This document shows, piece after piece, positions 41,748 through 54,724 of a stretch of 64,000 nt of DNA (position 1 is the first letter of the stretch; each line of letters starts with the position of its first letter). The notes beneath the pieces were generated by a model. That model was given only the letters and a program-made list of their open reading frames with translations. It was not told the origin of the DNA and did not search any database. The stretch comes from Octopus sinensis. Lineage: Eukaryota. The translations under genes and the position numbers were made by a program. The DNA is taken from contig NC_042998.1 of assembly GCF_006345805.1 (NCBI RefSeq), forward strand, positions 202,554,001-202,618,000, read 5' to 3'.

Positions 41748-42376
41748 TCCAACTTTACTAGGTTGCGTATGAACATCATACTCGACAGCTTGTGTTTTTA
41801 TATCTGAGATGGGCAGTGTAAATATGTGTTTGCGAGCGGGCGTGTGTGTATACGTGTGTGTACGAATGAGTGTGCGAGAAAGGGGGAAGATACAATCCAA
41901 AAGATAAATGATCAAGACTTTATCACGGATTGCCAACTTACAAAAGTAGTTTCAATTCAACCACTTAATTGATTAATTGAGTGCTGGGCTATCAATTGCG
42001 GTGTCAACAGTTCGTATAATTTCACTAGTTTAAGCTCTCAGATACTCCAGACCGATCAGCTGTAAATAGGCACTGAAACAACATAAAGCTATATAATTGA
42101 CGGCAGAATTTAGAATTAACAAATAATTATTTAACCTGTAAAGCTAAGTTTTAATGAGTTCGTCGTTATCGCTTGAGGAAAGATATGTTCATCCGTGATA
42201 GCTTGCGATATGTATACACAACATATACAGAGTCGTTTTTAAACATGAAGCTGCTACGCATTACACTACGAGATGGCCGTTTTGGTAGGGAGGTTTTCAT
42301 TAATATAAATACGAAAAGAGCTAACAATAAACGAAATACACTATCATAAAAATATACATACACGATATAAACACCT

Positions 42377-42758
42377 AGTGGAGGCGCAATGGCCCAGTGG
42401 TTAGTGCAGCGGACTCGCGGTCGTAGGATCGCGGTTTCGATTCCCAAACCGGGCATTGTGAGTGTTTATTGAGCGAAAAACACCTAAAGCTTCACAAGGT
42501 TCCTGCAGGGGTGGTGGTGAACCCTGCTGTACTCTTTCACCACAACTTTCTCTCACTCTTTCTTCCTGTTTCTGTTGTACCTGTATTTCAAAGGGCCAGC
42601 CCTGTCACACTCTGTGTCACGCTGAATCTCCTTGAGAACTACGTTATGGGTACACGTGTCTGTGGAATGCTCAGCCACTTGCACGTTAATTCTACGAGCA
42701 AGCTGTTCCGTTGATCGTATCAGCTGTGACCCTCATCGTCGTAACCGACGGAGTGCTC
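42377..42758 (+). mobile_element. SINE family B with tail T1
   Basis: Full head, body and T1 tail; TSD ATATAAAC(A/G)CCTA. Confidence 0.92.
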
Positions 42759-42999
42759 CTATATAAACGCCTAAAATAGAAACAGGAATTAAGTCATAAA
42801 CGGTCTTATCAACAGTTTTGTATAAAGCTGAGGCATTTGGCGGTTACTCAGTGGAGGCAATACTCGTATGCAATTAAAAAAAATAATTAATAAAAGTTAT
42901 TGTAATTATAACAGATTCAGGTTTGTTGAAAATATGCAAAAGAAGAGAATGGATTGAAACACTTGAGAATAAACTTTAATCAACCTAAATGCTTTCGTT

Positions 43000-43255
43000 G
43001 TTGTTGTTGTTGGTGGTGGTATTGGTGGTGGTGGTGGTGATGGTGGTGGTGGTTGTGGTGGTATTGGTGGTGGTTGTGGTGGTGGTATTGGTGGTGGTTG
43101 TGGTGGTGGTATTGGTGGTGGTATTGGTGGTGGTGGTGGTATTGGTGGTGGTATTGGTGGTGATGGTGGTGTTGGTGGTGGTATTGGTCATGATGGTGGT
43201 TGTGGTGGTGTGGTGGTGGTGGTGGTGGTGGTGGTTGTATTGGTGGCAGTGGTGA
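43000..43255. repeat. (GGT)n / GGTGGTATT microsatellite
   Basis: Directly visible; source of the poly-H/T/V ORFs. Confidence 0.95.
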
Positions 43256-43759
43256 TATTTGTACTATTATCGTCATTGTTAATGTTGCAATAATAATAAT
43301 TATTATTATTATGGTTGTGTTTTTTTTTTCCTTTTCATTTTAGTGTCAAACTGATAAAACATTCGAAATAATTTTTTATTTCATTCTAATTGGGTTTTAA
43401 TTACAGTTATGCAAACGCACTTAAGGAAACGCTCTTACGATGTATTATCTTGTCTATATGATTATCCGAATAAACTGATTGAAACACTGATGTACTATTC
43501 AAATAATTCTGTTGCAATTTTCCACTGTTATCCTTTCTCAAATTCAAAAGTTATACGAATAATCAAGAGTTATGCGAAAAGTGTTGCCAAGCAAATTAAT
43601 GCAATTACTACAAGTAAACGCGCCAAATTACATCGTTAACATATCTTGCTAAGGCACAGAACTATGAGATTGTTTAAGTAAAGTTAAAAGATTCATAAAC
43701 GTATTAACACATAAAAATATTTTTTCTAAAACATTCCGCTTTCGATTTCCAACTGATTT

Positions 43760-44030
43760 TGCTCATTTCAAAAATCTTTTAATTCCGAGTCTGGATAGGT
43801 TCCTTCAAAGAATACCAGATAAGCCACCCATAATTGGATACAACTCACCCAACAAGAACTCACTACTTGAACAAAACTTGATACAACTCACCCAACAAGA
43901 ACTCACTACTTGAACAAAACTTGACTTAAACAGGATTTGAATAATCCTATCACGTGGTGCTATTAAGTTAGACATGGCCTGGACCAATCTTTCGTCGAAA
44001 CATATCTAAGTTATCTAAGTTATCTAATAT
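43760..44030 (+). mobile_element. CR1-like LINE 3' end with an internal 43-bp tandem duplication (43837-43922)
   Basis: Translates SLDRFLQRIPDKPPIIGYNSPNKNSLLEQ, matching the CR1-type C-terminal LD.FL..IPD.P...GY....NSL pattern; (TATCTAAG)n tail. Confidence 0.75.
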
Positions 44031-44360
44031 CATTATTATTATTAAGCATTCAAATACGGCGAGCTGACAAAATCGTTAACACCTGAGGCAAAATGGTTTG
44101 TGGTATTTCGTCTGTATGTATGTTTTGAGTAAAGTGAAAAGTGGAGGGGAAACTGAGCAAGAAGTAAAGAAATATGAGAGAGGCGGGACGAAAGAACGAA
44201 GAGTGGAATGAACGAATGAGCGTGAAAGGGCTGATAGACAGATATAGAGCCGTACAAGATTTAGAAAAAATGTATACCTACATATAAGCGACCAAAGTGT
44301 ACGTACGCCGCTGTATATATATACATATATATATATATATATGGGATTGCACCATATATA

Positions 44361-44404
<44 letters not shown>

Positions 44405-44863
44405 GATTGCACCTAGAAAGTCACACACCCCGAGGCACAAGTCTGGGCAAGGTTGTTTATGGAAGACCAGCAGTCGCCCACGCATAGCGGCCTCCCCTCT
44501 CCACGCCACCGATGTTATCCAAGGGAAAGGCAAAGGCCGATACAGCTAGGCACCAGTGACGTCGCAGCTCATTTATTAACGTGCAAGTGGCTGAGCACTC
44601 CACAGACAACTGTACCCTCAACATAGTTCTCGGGGAGATTCAGCGCCACACAGAGTGTGACGAGGCTGGCCCTTTGAAATACAGGTACAACAGAAACAGG
44701 AAGAAAGAGTGAGACAAAGTTGTGGTGAAAGAGTATAGGAGGGTTCACCCCCACCCCGCCGGAGACTCGCGCAGCTTTAGGTGTTTTCGCTCAATAAACA
44801 CTCACAATGCCTGGTCTGGGAATCGAAGCCGCGACCCGACGACCACTGGGCCATTGCACCCCC
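44405..44863 (-). mobile_element. SINE family B head/body plus partial T1, switching to tail T3
   Basis: After GCCACTTGCACGTTAAT the sequence continues AAATGAGCTGCGACGTCACTGGTGCC...GGTCTTCCATAAACAACCTTGCCCAGACTTGTGCCTCGGG. Confidence 0.82.
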
Positions 44864-44867
44864 ACAG

Positions 44868-44902
<35 letters not shown>

Positions 44903-45003
44903 CACTGCATATTACAATCTTCAGCCGTATATTCCATAATTTATGAAAAAATATTCATAATTTTAAATACGTGTGCAAGTATATTAACGCACACACACAC
45001 GCA

Positions 45004-45092
<89 letters not shown>

Positions 45093-45117
45093 CATACATA
45101 TATCTTGAGAGAGAGGG

Positions 45118-45275
45118 AAATACGATAGTCTTCTTTCAGTTTCCGTCTTCCAAATCCACTCTTAAGGCTTTAGTGATCCCGAGGCTATAGTAGAAGACAC
45201 TTGCCCAATGAGCCATGCAGTTGAACTGAACCCAGTACCATGTGGTTCGGAAGCAACCCTCTTACCACACAGTCA
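45118..45275 (-). mobile_element. SINE family A, 5' half
   Basis: CTTCTTTCAGTTTCCGTC...CTTACCACACAG. Confidence 0.8.
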
Positions 45276-45401
45276 CCACTCTATATATAGACCGTTCGAG
45301 TAGTCACTACTGATGATGCCTTCGAAATAGGTGAAACTAATCAAGGGATTCTACAGATGGCAATGGGGCTGCTAGCTTTCTTGTCAGTGTATATATATAT
45401 T

Positions 45402-45630
45402 GCGGTGAGTTGGCAGAAACGTTAGCACGCCGGGTGAAATGCGTAGCCGTATTTCGTCTGCCGTTACGTTCTGAGTTCAAATTCTGCCGAGGTCGACTTT
45501 GCCTTTCATCCTTTCGGGGTCGATAAATAAAGTACCAGTTACGCACTGGGGTCGATGTACTCGACTTAATCCCTTTGTCTGTCCTTTTTTGTCCTCTCTA
45601 TGTTTAGCCCCTTGTTGGCAATAAAGAAAT
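45402..45630 (+). mobile_element. SINE family C
   Basis: Matches the 7651 copy. Confidence 0.9.
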
Positions 45631-45636
45631 ATATAT

Positions 45637-45669
<33 letters not shown>

Positions 45670-45812
45670 TGCGCTCTTCTTACAGTATTAACAGATTCTA
45701 CTTCTTATTTCTAGCAATAAAGTAGCTTCAACACCCTTATTCACATACACTGTCGATTATTTTTTCCCGTTTATTGTATTATATTGCACCTCGTTGCTTA
45801 TATTAATTTATA

Positions 45813-46350
45813 TAGGCATCATCAGTGTTGACTATTCAAACGGTCTATGGTTTGACTAAATCCGTCTGACGGTATATATAATTTTACCATAAAAATTTAT
45901 GGCTGATTTAGCGAAATGCTAATGCGGATACTAAATATTAATATAAACAGCCAGGCGCAATATAATATCAAAACGGAAAATCACTTGCTAAGGTTATCTC
46001 TACAGATATTGTATAAAAATTATAGCCAGCACTTATTTCTGTTACTACATTTCGTATCCGAGGCGTTAGATGTAAACAAACATTGTGATCGAAGATGAAA
46101 AGGGGGATATGGCTGTATATGCCATATTTCGGGACTATTTACTCCTCTGTCTGTACCAGTCGTGACATTTAGTAACGAATAATGTTTCCTTTGTGGTATT
46201 ATATTGCGCTTAACTGTTTATATTAATTTTCAGTATACGCATTAGCATTTCACCAAATCAGCTATAAATTTTTATGGTAAAATTGTATATATGGGCAGAC
46301 AGATTTAGCCAAACCATCGGCGTTTTAGTAGCCATTACTGATAATGCCTA
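45813..46350. repeat. ~165-bp inverted repeat pair (45813-45980 and 46185-46350)
   Basis: TAGGCATCATCAG...ATAATTTTACCATAAAAATTTATGGCTGATTT is mirrored by AAATCAGCTATAAATTTTTATGGTAAAATTGT...CTGATAATGCCTA. Confidence 0.85.
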
Positions 46351-46929
46351 CGAAATTAGGGGCACTAGTCAAATCTTGTCTTTAGACGTTGTCAGAACAT
46401 ATATATGGCGGTCTTCTTACTGCATTAAAAGTACTTAACTCTTATTTCATACAATGTAGGTGCTTCGAAACCTTCAGTCACATTTAGTGACGATTAAAAA
46501 CGTGTGTGTGATAAGAACTCCGATAATAAACCAACAAAGTCGGCCACAATGACTGCTTGCACCATTTCAATATTTTGTGTATAAAAACAAAGACAATATC
46601 CAGCTGAAATCTTCCTGAATTCCTGTTTGAAATAAGGAAGAATTGTAATACAAATCCTTGTTTTTTGGAAGAATTTTTACTTTACTAAATCATAATATAT
46701 TTAGCTGGCATGTTTGTGCTTCCTTCTCATTCTTCCTCTCTCCCTCCCTCCTAACCTGTCTCTCGCTCCCCCACTCTCTCTGTTTATCTATCTATCTATC
46801 TATCTTTCTATCTGTCTAACTGTGCGTGTGCAATGATGTCAGTGGGTTGTTATTTTTCCTGTTTTCTTTCCGGTTTTGATGGGATTATCGTGTCGTCGTA
46901 ACTGTTGCAGAGAACGCTCATGCAGAGTC

Positions 46930-47147
46930 TGGTAATGATGATGAAAAGGAGGAGGAGGAGGAGGAGGGAGATGAATAAGGTGATGGTGACGATGACGATG
47001 ATCATCATCATCTTCATCATCATCATCATCATCACCATCATCATAATCATCAACAGCAGTAGCAGCAGGAGCGCAAGCATCGTGCCAAGTATGGGCATTT
47101 TCAAATGGGAAAATGAGAAGAATATGAAGATTGATTCTGTGATTGAC

Positions 47148-47184
<37 letters not shown>

Positions 47185-47330
47185 ACATGTTGTTTCTGTT
47201 ATTGCTACCTTTGTGGCTGCTGTGGTTGCTGCAGATGTTGTTGTTATTGTTGTCGTCGTCTTCGTCGTTATTGAAGAATTAGAAGAAACAGAACATCGAC
47301 AAGAACAACAAGAGCAACAACAAATTGGAA
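46930..47330. repeat. Compound tri/tetranucleotide microsatellites (GAT, GGA, CAT, GATT, GTT)
   Basis: Directly visible. Confidence 0.9.
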
Positions 47331-47617
47331 AGGACAGAAGAAAGTGTAAATAAATCAATAATCTAGAAAATGAGTTTATCTTACGAAAATATCGACTGAG
47401 TGGTTTTTATGAAAGCTATATTATTGATTATTGTGCTGACTGTTGTAAACAAGTACACAAATGGAAAATGGATGCGGTTGTATGAACACACTAATGCACA
47501 CACACACACACCACACACATGAATGTATGCAGGTTTAAGTATGAAAGTGCACTGAGACATGCGAACGTGAACATATATAGGTATGTGTGTGTGTTTGATG
47601 TATTTGTGTTTACACAC

Positions 47618-47670
47618 ATAGATAGATAGATAGAAAGATAGAAAGATAGATAGATAGATAGATAGATAAG

Positions 47671-47754
<84 letters not shown>

Positions 47755-47849
47755 TGATAAGAGATAGATAGATAGATTGATAAGAGATAGATAGATAGAT
47801 AGATTGATAAGAGATAGATAGATAGATAGATAGATAGATATATATATAT

Positions 47850-47880
<31 letters not shown>

Positions 47881-47942
47881 GATAAGAGATAGATAGATAG
47901 ATTGATTGATAAGAGATAGAAAGATAGATAGATTGATAAGAT

Positions 47943-47976
<34 letters not shown>

Positions 47977-48205
47977 GATGGATAGATAGATAGATTGATT
48001 GACAAGAGATAGATAGATAGATTGATTGACAAGAGATAGATAGATAGATAGATTGACAAGAGATAGATAGATAGATTGATAAGAGATAGACAGATAGTAG
48101 GATGGATGGATGGATAGACAGACAGATAGTTAGATAGATGGATGGATGGGTGGATGAATATAGATGGATGGATGGATAAATAGATAGATATAGATAGATA
48201 GATTA
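47618..48205. repeat. Long (GATA)n-derived array with GATTGATAAGA variant units
   Basis: Directly visible. Confidence 0.95.
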
Positions 48206-48565
48206 GATGTCCTTTATCTTATAGGTATTTATTTCATCGACCCCGTAAGTATGAAAGGCAGAACCGTGTCGGCTTTCCACCCTGGAATTCGCAAATGATG
48301 CAATATACGATGTTGGATGGTCACATTGTTTCTGTTTACGTAATGATTTTCTCATGAACTGGAACGGGAAACCAGGAGAGGCCATGTGCAGAAACTACGG
48401 ATTTAAATAGATTAAGTAATTTATCACCCACTTGTTAACACAAAGGCTTATAGCAGAATATATGCTTTTGTGCTGCATGTGTGCGTGCGTGCGTATGGAC
48501 ATTTTTTTCGTAATATTAACTATATTTTTCTTCATATAATTCATTAAAAGAGTGAGGGAACAGAC

Positions 48566-48602
<37 letters not shown>

Positions 48603-48782
48603 TTAATCATATCAAAGGGAAATGGAAATTAATAAGAATTTTCATTTCCAGTGGTCTAACGTATAAAAATTTATTCGTTCCTGTCGAATTTTATCCCTAA
48701 TTTTGTGGTTATAGAACCTAGCTGTTCTTTCTAGCGCGTTGAATCCCACGAGTGGATTCCTTATGTGTTTAAATGTACACTG

Positions 48783-48822
<40 letters not shown>

Positions 48823-48824
48823 TA

Positions 48825-48866
<42 letters not shown>

Positions 48867-48925
48867 AGAGAGAGAGAGACGGACGGACGGACGGATGGAT
48901 GGATGGATAGACAGATTGATATATT

Positions 48926-48960
<35 letters not shown>

Positions 48961-49049
48961 GTAAAAACAGATATTGTTAAACAGCAAAAAAGAAACGAAT
49001 CCGCTTTTGATTTCCTTTGTATATGACATTGCTGTTGGTGGGCTGGATG

Positions 49050-49400
49050 GTTTTTGGCTGCAATGTTTTATAAATAGCTGATGTAGTATGTTAGAGTGAA
49101 AGACTTCTAGATATCTCTTAAATCGTTCTTTGTTCACGTCTCTTTTAAATGTCAAACCCTTGTATAAGCTTCTGCATTGGAGGAAAAGTTTAGCTTTCTG
49201 CTAGCGTGGCATTCCTCTTAATTCGTTTTTTCTATGCCCAAATTTGAAGCAAGATTTTTCAAGAACCTCCCACACATATACAGGGTTTTTCGAAAAGCTT
49301 CCAGGTCATATATATTACGATAGCCTTCCTGCCAACATGCCAAAATTTTCAGATATATTGCGCAGCAGAGATATATTACGCAGTTCAGATATATTCCCAA
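49050..49400 (-). mobile_element. Highly decayed CR1-like ORF2 C-terminal remnant
   Basis: VYVWEVLEK...LRGMPR*QK...ERFKRYLEVFHSNILHQ loosely fits IYxWKILE...FKxxLDxFLxxIPDQ. Confidence 0.35.
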
Positions 49401-50177
49401 TATTTAAGGACTCAGATGTTGCCTTACATTCGATGAATCCGTTTTGTACAAACGTGAGCTTAAAGGATGAGAAATGCATTCTCGAAAACTATAGCTTTGA
49501 AAATTCATAGGTTCTCTGTAAAACATAATATCAGTATCGGATCCATCCTGAGTAGTATTTTCACGAGTTTCTGCGTTGGTCATCCATCATTCCCTCAGTA
49601 TTGCATTACATATATATGTTTACTGCAGGATAGCAATGTATTATGGAGTGATATATGTCTGCTATTTTTAGTTGATCGAGAAACGAAATAATTCTGGCTC
49701 TACTATTTCCATTGCATCTGTTCTGTAGTATCAGGCCTGCGGAACCTGTACCCTGATTGTGAATTCTCATTTCTACCTATCACCATAGGTGCATTATGTT
49801 ATGTACCAGCAGATTTGCATGAAAACCTAGAAATGCCGTTTTACGGAGAAAGACCAAAATAAACTAACAGGATTCCCCAAATCCAATCCATTAGTAACAC
49901 AATGCAGATTTGTAAAACATTCCAAAAAATTTCCAACTGAAATTCTTACGTGAATAGATGCAGATACTTGGGTGTATAAGTCCACAGTTCAACCAACATA
50001 CCAAATCAACCATACATTTTTCAAAATAGCTTGTCGCTCCATGAACGACGGGCTTGAACTCTCAAGAACTTAAACTCAAAGCAAAATCAAACATACGTAC
50101 GTACATACATACGTACGTACACACATACATACATACATACATACATACATACATACATACATACATACATACATACA

Positions 50178-52130
50178 TGATGTTTGTCTACTCGTTAGAC
50201 GAGCATGCCCACCACTGACAGGTTCACGTATAACTTATTGTTCGTACGAACGTGAGACTGACAGTGACTAATGAAGCCGCCGAGACTTCTAAAGCTTGCT
50301 TCGAAAAACGAAATCTGTGTGTTCATCAAGAGCGTAAACCTCTCAGGTGAAGAATCATTATAGGTCTTGAAATGTGTCGTGAGTCCAGCGCAGCTCTCGC
50401 AGGCTTTGCCGTACACGTCACAAGGACGTGGATCAGCAATAATCAACTAAGCATAAACTGTTGGTGGTTTGTCTATGTGACTTCTTTGAGTTTTAGGTGT
50501 GACAATTATATTTGGCCACCCTCATAGCAAACAAACTAAAGAACAGGTATTTGTACTTCATCTCCCTCGCAGGCGATGGTTTTTTTGGTTTGTTTGTTTT
50601 TCTCTTTGCTTTTTGCTTAATGACTGTATGAAATGAGCTATATTTTTCGTTCATTTGTTTTCACTATGTGTTTCTACCGCCAGCCTGTACTCCCCAATTC
50701 TGAAGGTCAAGATCGAAATGTGAGGGAGTCTTTGACACTCCCTGAGGCACTTTTTCTTCAGTCAGCTCTCCGTAAAGCATCTGCTTTGGAATACAATTAT
50801 CGCTCAACTTTATCGGATGTCCTGCACAGTGAAAGCAGTGCTTGTGTATATAAGCTTCTATGCTTAGTGCACCAGCTGGTTCCTGTACCTCTGTGTCTGA
50901 AACATGTGAGATCCCGTGAATGCCCAAGATCGATCCCAGACACCGTCGATGTAAATGCCTCGGTACGTTTAAATGTTACCTGCAAGCAACCCAAGTCTCG
51001 CAAGAATAAAGAAAGCTTGTAAAAGCATACGCATTATAGTCATCTATCTTCGTTTACTTTTTCAGGCTTTTCTGAGACCATATGCTGTCTTGAAAAGTAG
51101 AAAAGGTGTCAGTGGCTTTTCTTAATCGGGAGAGAGATACAGTCATCAAAGGAGCATCGACTATTTATTGCACTACGTGGTAAGTGAAGTTGTCAACAGC
51201 TTTCAGCTTCTTCCCTTCTACGTAGATTGGAAGTGTCCACATAGACTGTGCCTGGTGCTGGTTGAAAAGAATCCAAACTGATTGTCAGATGGAAGGCTTT
51301 GCATGACAGGGACAAACTCTCCGTGAAACACTGCATATCGGTGAGAGCGTGCAAGACCAGGTAGCAGTCATCATTGAAGGGGAGAATTCAGACAAGACTT
51401 AGAAGGGTTTCCGATTTAGCAGCAAAACGGCATAAGTTGAAAATCTTGCCTGCACTACGATGTTGTTGTTTGATCCTTCTCGAGTTATGCATGGCTCATA
51501 AGGGCAGCTTTCCCGGTTTCCTTGGCGTATAGGTTCCCTACTTGAACGGGACGCCCGTCCGTCGCAGGTGAGCTGCAAGATTCAGAAAGAAAGAGTGAGA
51601 GAAAGTTGTGGCGAAAGAGTCAGCAGACGTTCACCATTACCTTCTGCCGGAGCCGCGTGGAGCTTAGATATTTCGCTCATAAGCACACACATCGCCCGGT
51701 CTGAGATTCGAACCCGCGATCCCTCGACGGCGAGTCTGCTGCTCTAACCACTAGGCCATGTGCCTCCACTTGTACTGCGATATCGCAGTTGCAGTTCTTG
51801 GAGCCGTATATAAGATCAAAACAGAAAATGAAAAACTGTTGGTACAATCATGTTTTGCTGTTTAACAACATTCTCTGCTTTTATTGCTTCAGACGTAATG
51901 CCTCCAACATTGAGAGCAGCCTATATATTTGTTCTTGACTCGTCTATTGCCGTTTCTTTTTAATTCATGTCCATTGACCGGAAAGCTAATTTGTATATAA
52001 ACCCGCTGCTCTACTGAGTTGGAGAACTTACACTCTGTCTCTGAGCTTCTTGATATAGCTTATGAGAGTGGTTGTGAAGCTGTTCAAGCGGCACTCGACT
52101 TAAAACCCTTGCACGGAAATTGCTGAAACT
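50178..52130 (-). mobile_element. RTE LINE RT plus C-terminal portion, decayed, with a nested SINE
   Basis: Ordered minus-strand motifs: ARVLSRVPL (GKxLARVLL-like); NVVKQ..IVPTVF; RSAGKIFNL; PFNDDC; FHLTISL; QPAPG; KLKAVDNFTY; IPKQMLYGEL; C-terminal CxxxxxxxxGLxxH knuckles. Confidence 0.85.
51462..51769 (-). mobile_element. SINE with family B-like head/body and tail T2, nested in the RTE RT
   Basis: GTGGAGGCACATGGCCTAGTGGTTAGAG head; CTCTTTCGCCACAACTTTCTCTCAC body; CCTGCGACGGACGGGCGTCCCG...GAAACCGGGAAAGCTGCCCTTATGAGCC tail. Imperfect TSD TG(C/T)ACT(A/G)CGAT. Confidence 0.85.
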
Positions 52131-52139
52131 TAGCATACA

Positions 52140-53900
52140 TCTTGTGTTCTTGACTTTTGGAGTCCAGTGTCGATGGGAGGTACTGACGCGTAGAAGTCTG
52201 ACGGGCTCGAGTTACTTAGCAGCCGACCTGCGCACTGTCGACCGTTGGTAGGTACAACGTCGCTAGTCCATCGATCTGGGGAAGATATGATTTTCGGCTG
52301 ATTCAAGGGTGACTGAGCAGCCCTTTTTGGGGACAGTACTGCTCACTAGTAAATCTGGAGGAGTCCACAAATGGTGATCCAGGCATTTCCTGTCTCTTCA
52401 ATACATCTGGTTTAAATGTCTAAAAGACCCAACATGAATCTAAATATCTCCTGTTGAAATGTAAGGGACCACGTTGACAATACCGAAGGATCCTTACCTG
52501 CCCTGAGATATGCATTGTTTTGTGAAAAACTCTAAAAGCATTATGCTGATATGGCTGCTATCTCAGAGAATCGGTTTGCTGACGATGGCCAGATCCAAGA
52601 ACTTGATGTAAGTTATACCGTTTTCTGGAAAGGTTGGAAGCTTGAAGATCGTAGTGTCGTATTCACAATCCGTAACACCATAGCCTCTAAGCTGTGAATT
52701 GCCCTTCACCGTCTCCATCTAAGTGGAGGAAGATACGCTACAATGATCAGCACACCAGTACCGAGGAGAAGAACCTCCGAAATTAAATACGATCTGTCCT
52801 TCAATGAATCAACGATGAGTGGCGAACATGGAGATGCATTAGACGATTTGGTGTAGGTAATATAAACGACGACAATTTTCTCCTGCTCGAGGTATGCACC
52901 GAGTTTAACGTGTTTATTTCCAGCAAATAGTTCCAGTACAAAGGCGGCCGTGTAACAACGTAAATTCTTTTTAGATCTATGCAAATGAACCTGCGGAAGT
53001 ACGCAGTTATTCGTAAGTGCAACATATAAAAATATTTGCAATGTCAGTTTCGTGCACGGTACAGGGTGCTGGGCAGTCCACGCCGTCGTTAGATCGAAGA
53101 TGCCCTCGGCCATTAAGTCTCCTGCTCTGTCAAGTAAGAGAGTCAAGAATCCTAAACGTCTTGATGTTGCTCAACTTCACTCCCCAGATATTCAGCCTGA
53201 CCTGGAAGACAGGATTGGTACAGTAACGTATTCCAACTCTGGGAAGGACACCCCTGATTGAACCTACAATGCCACCAGTGACGCAGGTGACAGAATGTCC
53301 ACGAAATTTCGGAGTGGTCTGATGAAAATGTCCAAGCACTAGGTCCGATTCTTATCACCAAACACATTACAAAAATTTGCCTCTTGCAGGAATATCTAAC
53401 AGACGCAGGCAAGACAGCTAAATGAAGAGTTTAAACTAAAGCTGATGCACAGCGCACTCTCCGAAAAATACAAGACACCTGATAGTCAAATTTCGCAGCA
53501 GAGATACAGGCCAATACTGATTCAAAAGGTAGCAATGAGCTACACAGCCTTAAAAGAGCAAGCGTTTGGGCCCCGTGCGGCGAGAATCACAACTCAAGGA
53601 ACAAAAGATGGCAAGGACATATACGCAACTATGGACAAAATCACCAGTCAATGGAAAGAAAACTTTTCACATACATGCGTACGTACGTACGTACGTACAT
53701 ACATACATACATACATACATACATACATACATACATACATACATACATACATACATACATACATACAACAAACAACTTGCAGATAGAATTGCAGACATAG
53801 GGGATAATCAGGAGGGAACCGGTGCAATTTCAGTATCTTTCCCTTGATACCCCAGTTTCACAGCAGCCCCGCGCTGACTGAGATCCATCTTGCAGGATTA
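52140..53900 (+). mobile_element. RTE LINE 5' UTR, APE endonuclease and linker, decayed
   Basis: *NVRDHVDN; DMAAISENRFADDGQIQE...YTVFWKG; YATMIS; FGVGNIND..LLLEVCTEFNVFI; GCWAVHAVVRSKM; KRLDVAQL; FGP...KDGKDI..T.DKITSQWKENF. All are RTE endonuclease/linker signatures. Confidence 0.85.
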
Positions 53901-54179
53901 GTTGTTTACAAGTTCCTACTCAATATTCGTCTAGCCATTGCTCATTATCTCTTTATAACCAAATTTAGTAGTTTGCCTTCTCCTCTGTAGCGTGGTAATG
54001 CCCCAAATATTTTTTTGTTTTATGTCGAGTTAAATCTATATAATACTTTTACTTTTTTTATTTAAGTTATGAGAATGTAAGACTTGTAAATCGCAAACAT
54101 GTATATATTATGCATAGAGTTCTGACCCGCAGTAGGGCATTCTCGAGTATATGCAATCAAACGCACACTTGCTTATCTG

Positions 54180-54440
54180 TGCCACAAACCAGATGACCAG
54201 AGGGAATGGAAATTATTATAAAGTACTTTTCTACAGCAACAACAACCTCGAAATATACAAAAGGAATGAGAACCCAGGTTCGAAATTTCCCCAAGACACA
54301 TGATGAAGGCTGGAGAGTATATCAGCCGAAACGCCCAGTTAACAACAAACAAGATGAGGACAAATATCCGCCAATAGTAAATAATGTACATAATTCTCCA
54401 TCTCTTAAAAATGGAACTCAAAGACAGGATTGTCAGTCTT
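54180..54440 (+). repeat. Penelope-type terminal-repeat remnant with a decayed hammerhead-like core
   Basis: CATGATGA-A-GGCTG-GAGAGTATAT-CAGCC-GAAAC at about 54299-54333; the first core C is replaced and there is no intact cleavage triplet. Confidence 0.45.
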
Positions 54441-54674
54441 GGAATGTTGAAAACAATTGACCTTAAAATTCGCGCGCTCACACTCGAACACGAGCACGCG
54501 CACACAAGCAAGTAAGCAAACACGTGCGTGTCTGTATGTGTTTGTGCCCGAGGGTCCGTAAACTGAGCACTGTTTATGAAGGAATAACTTTTAAAATGGT
54601 GTTTAAACCGTGTCTGGATGTGTACGTACGTACACATCCACTCACATTTTAAACGGCGCTTAAACACATGCACT

Positions 54675-54724
<50 letters not shown>

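Noticed and set aside
52706-53146. 146-aa minus-strand ORF
   Set aside because: Antisense shadow of the plus-strand RTE endonuclease remnant.
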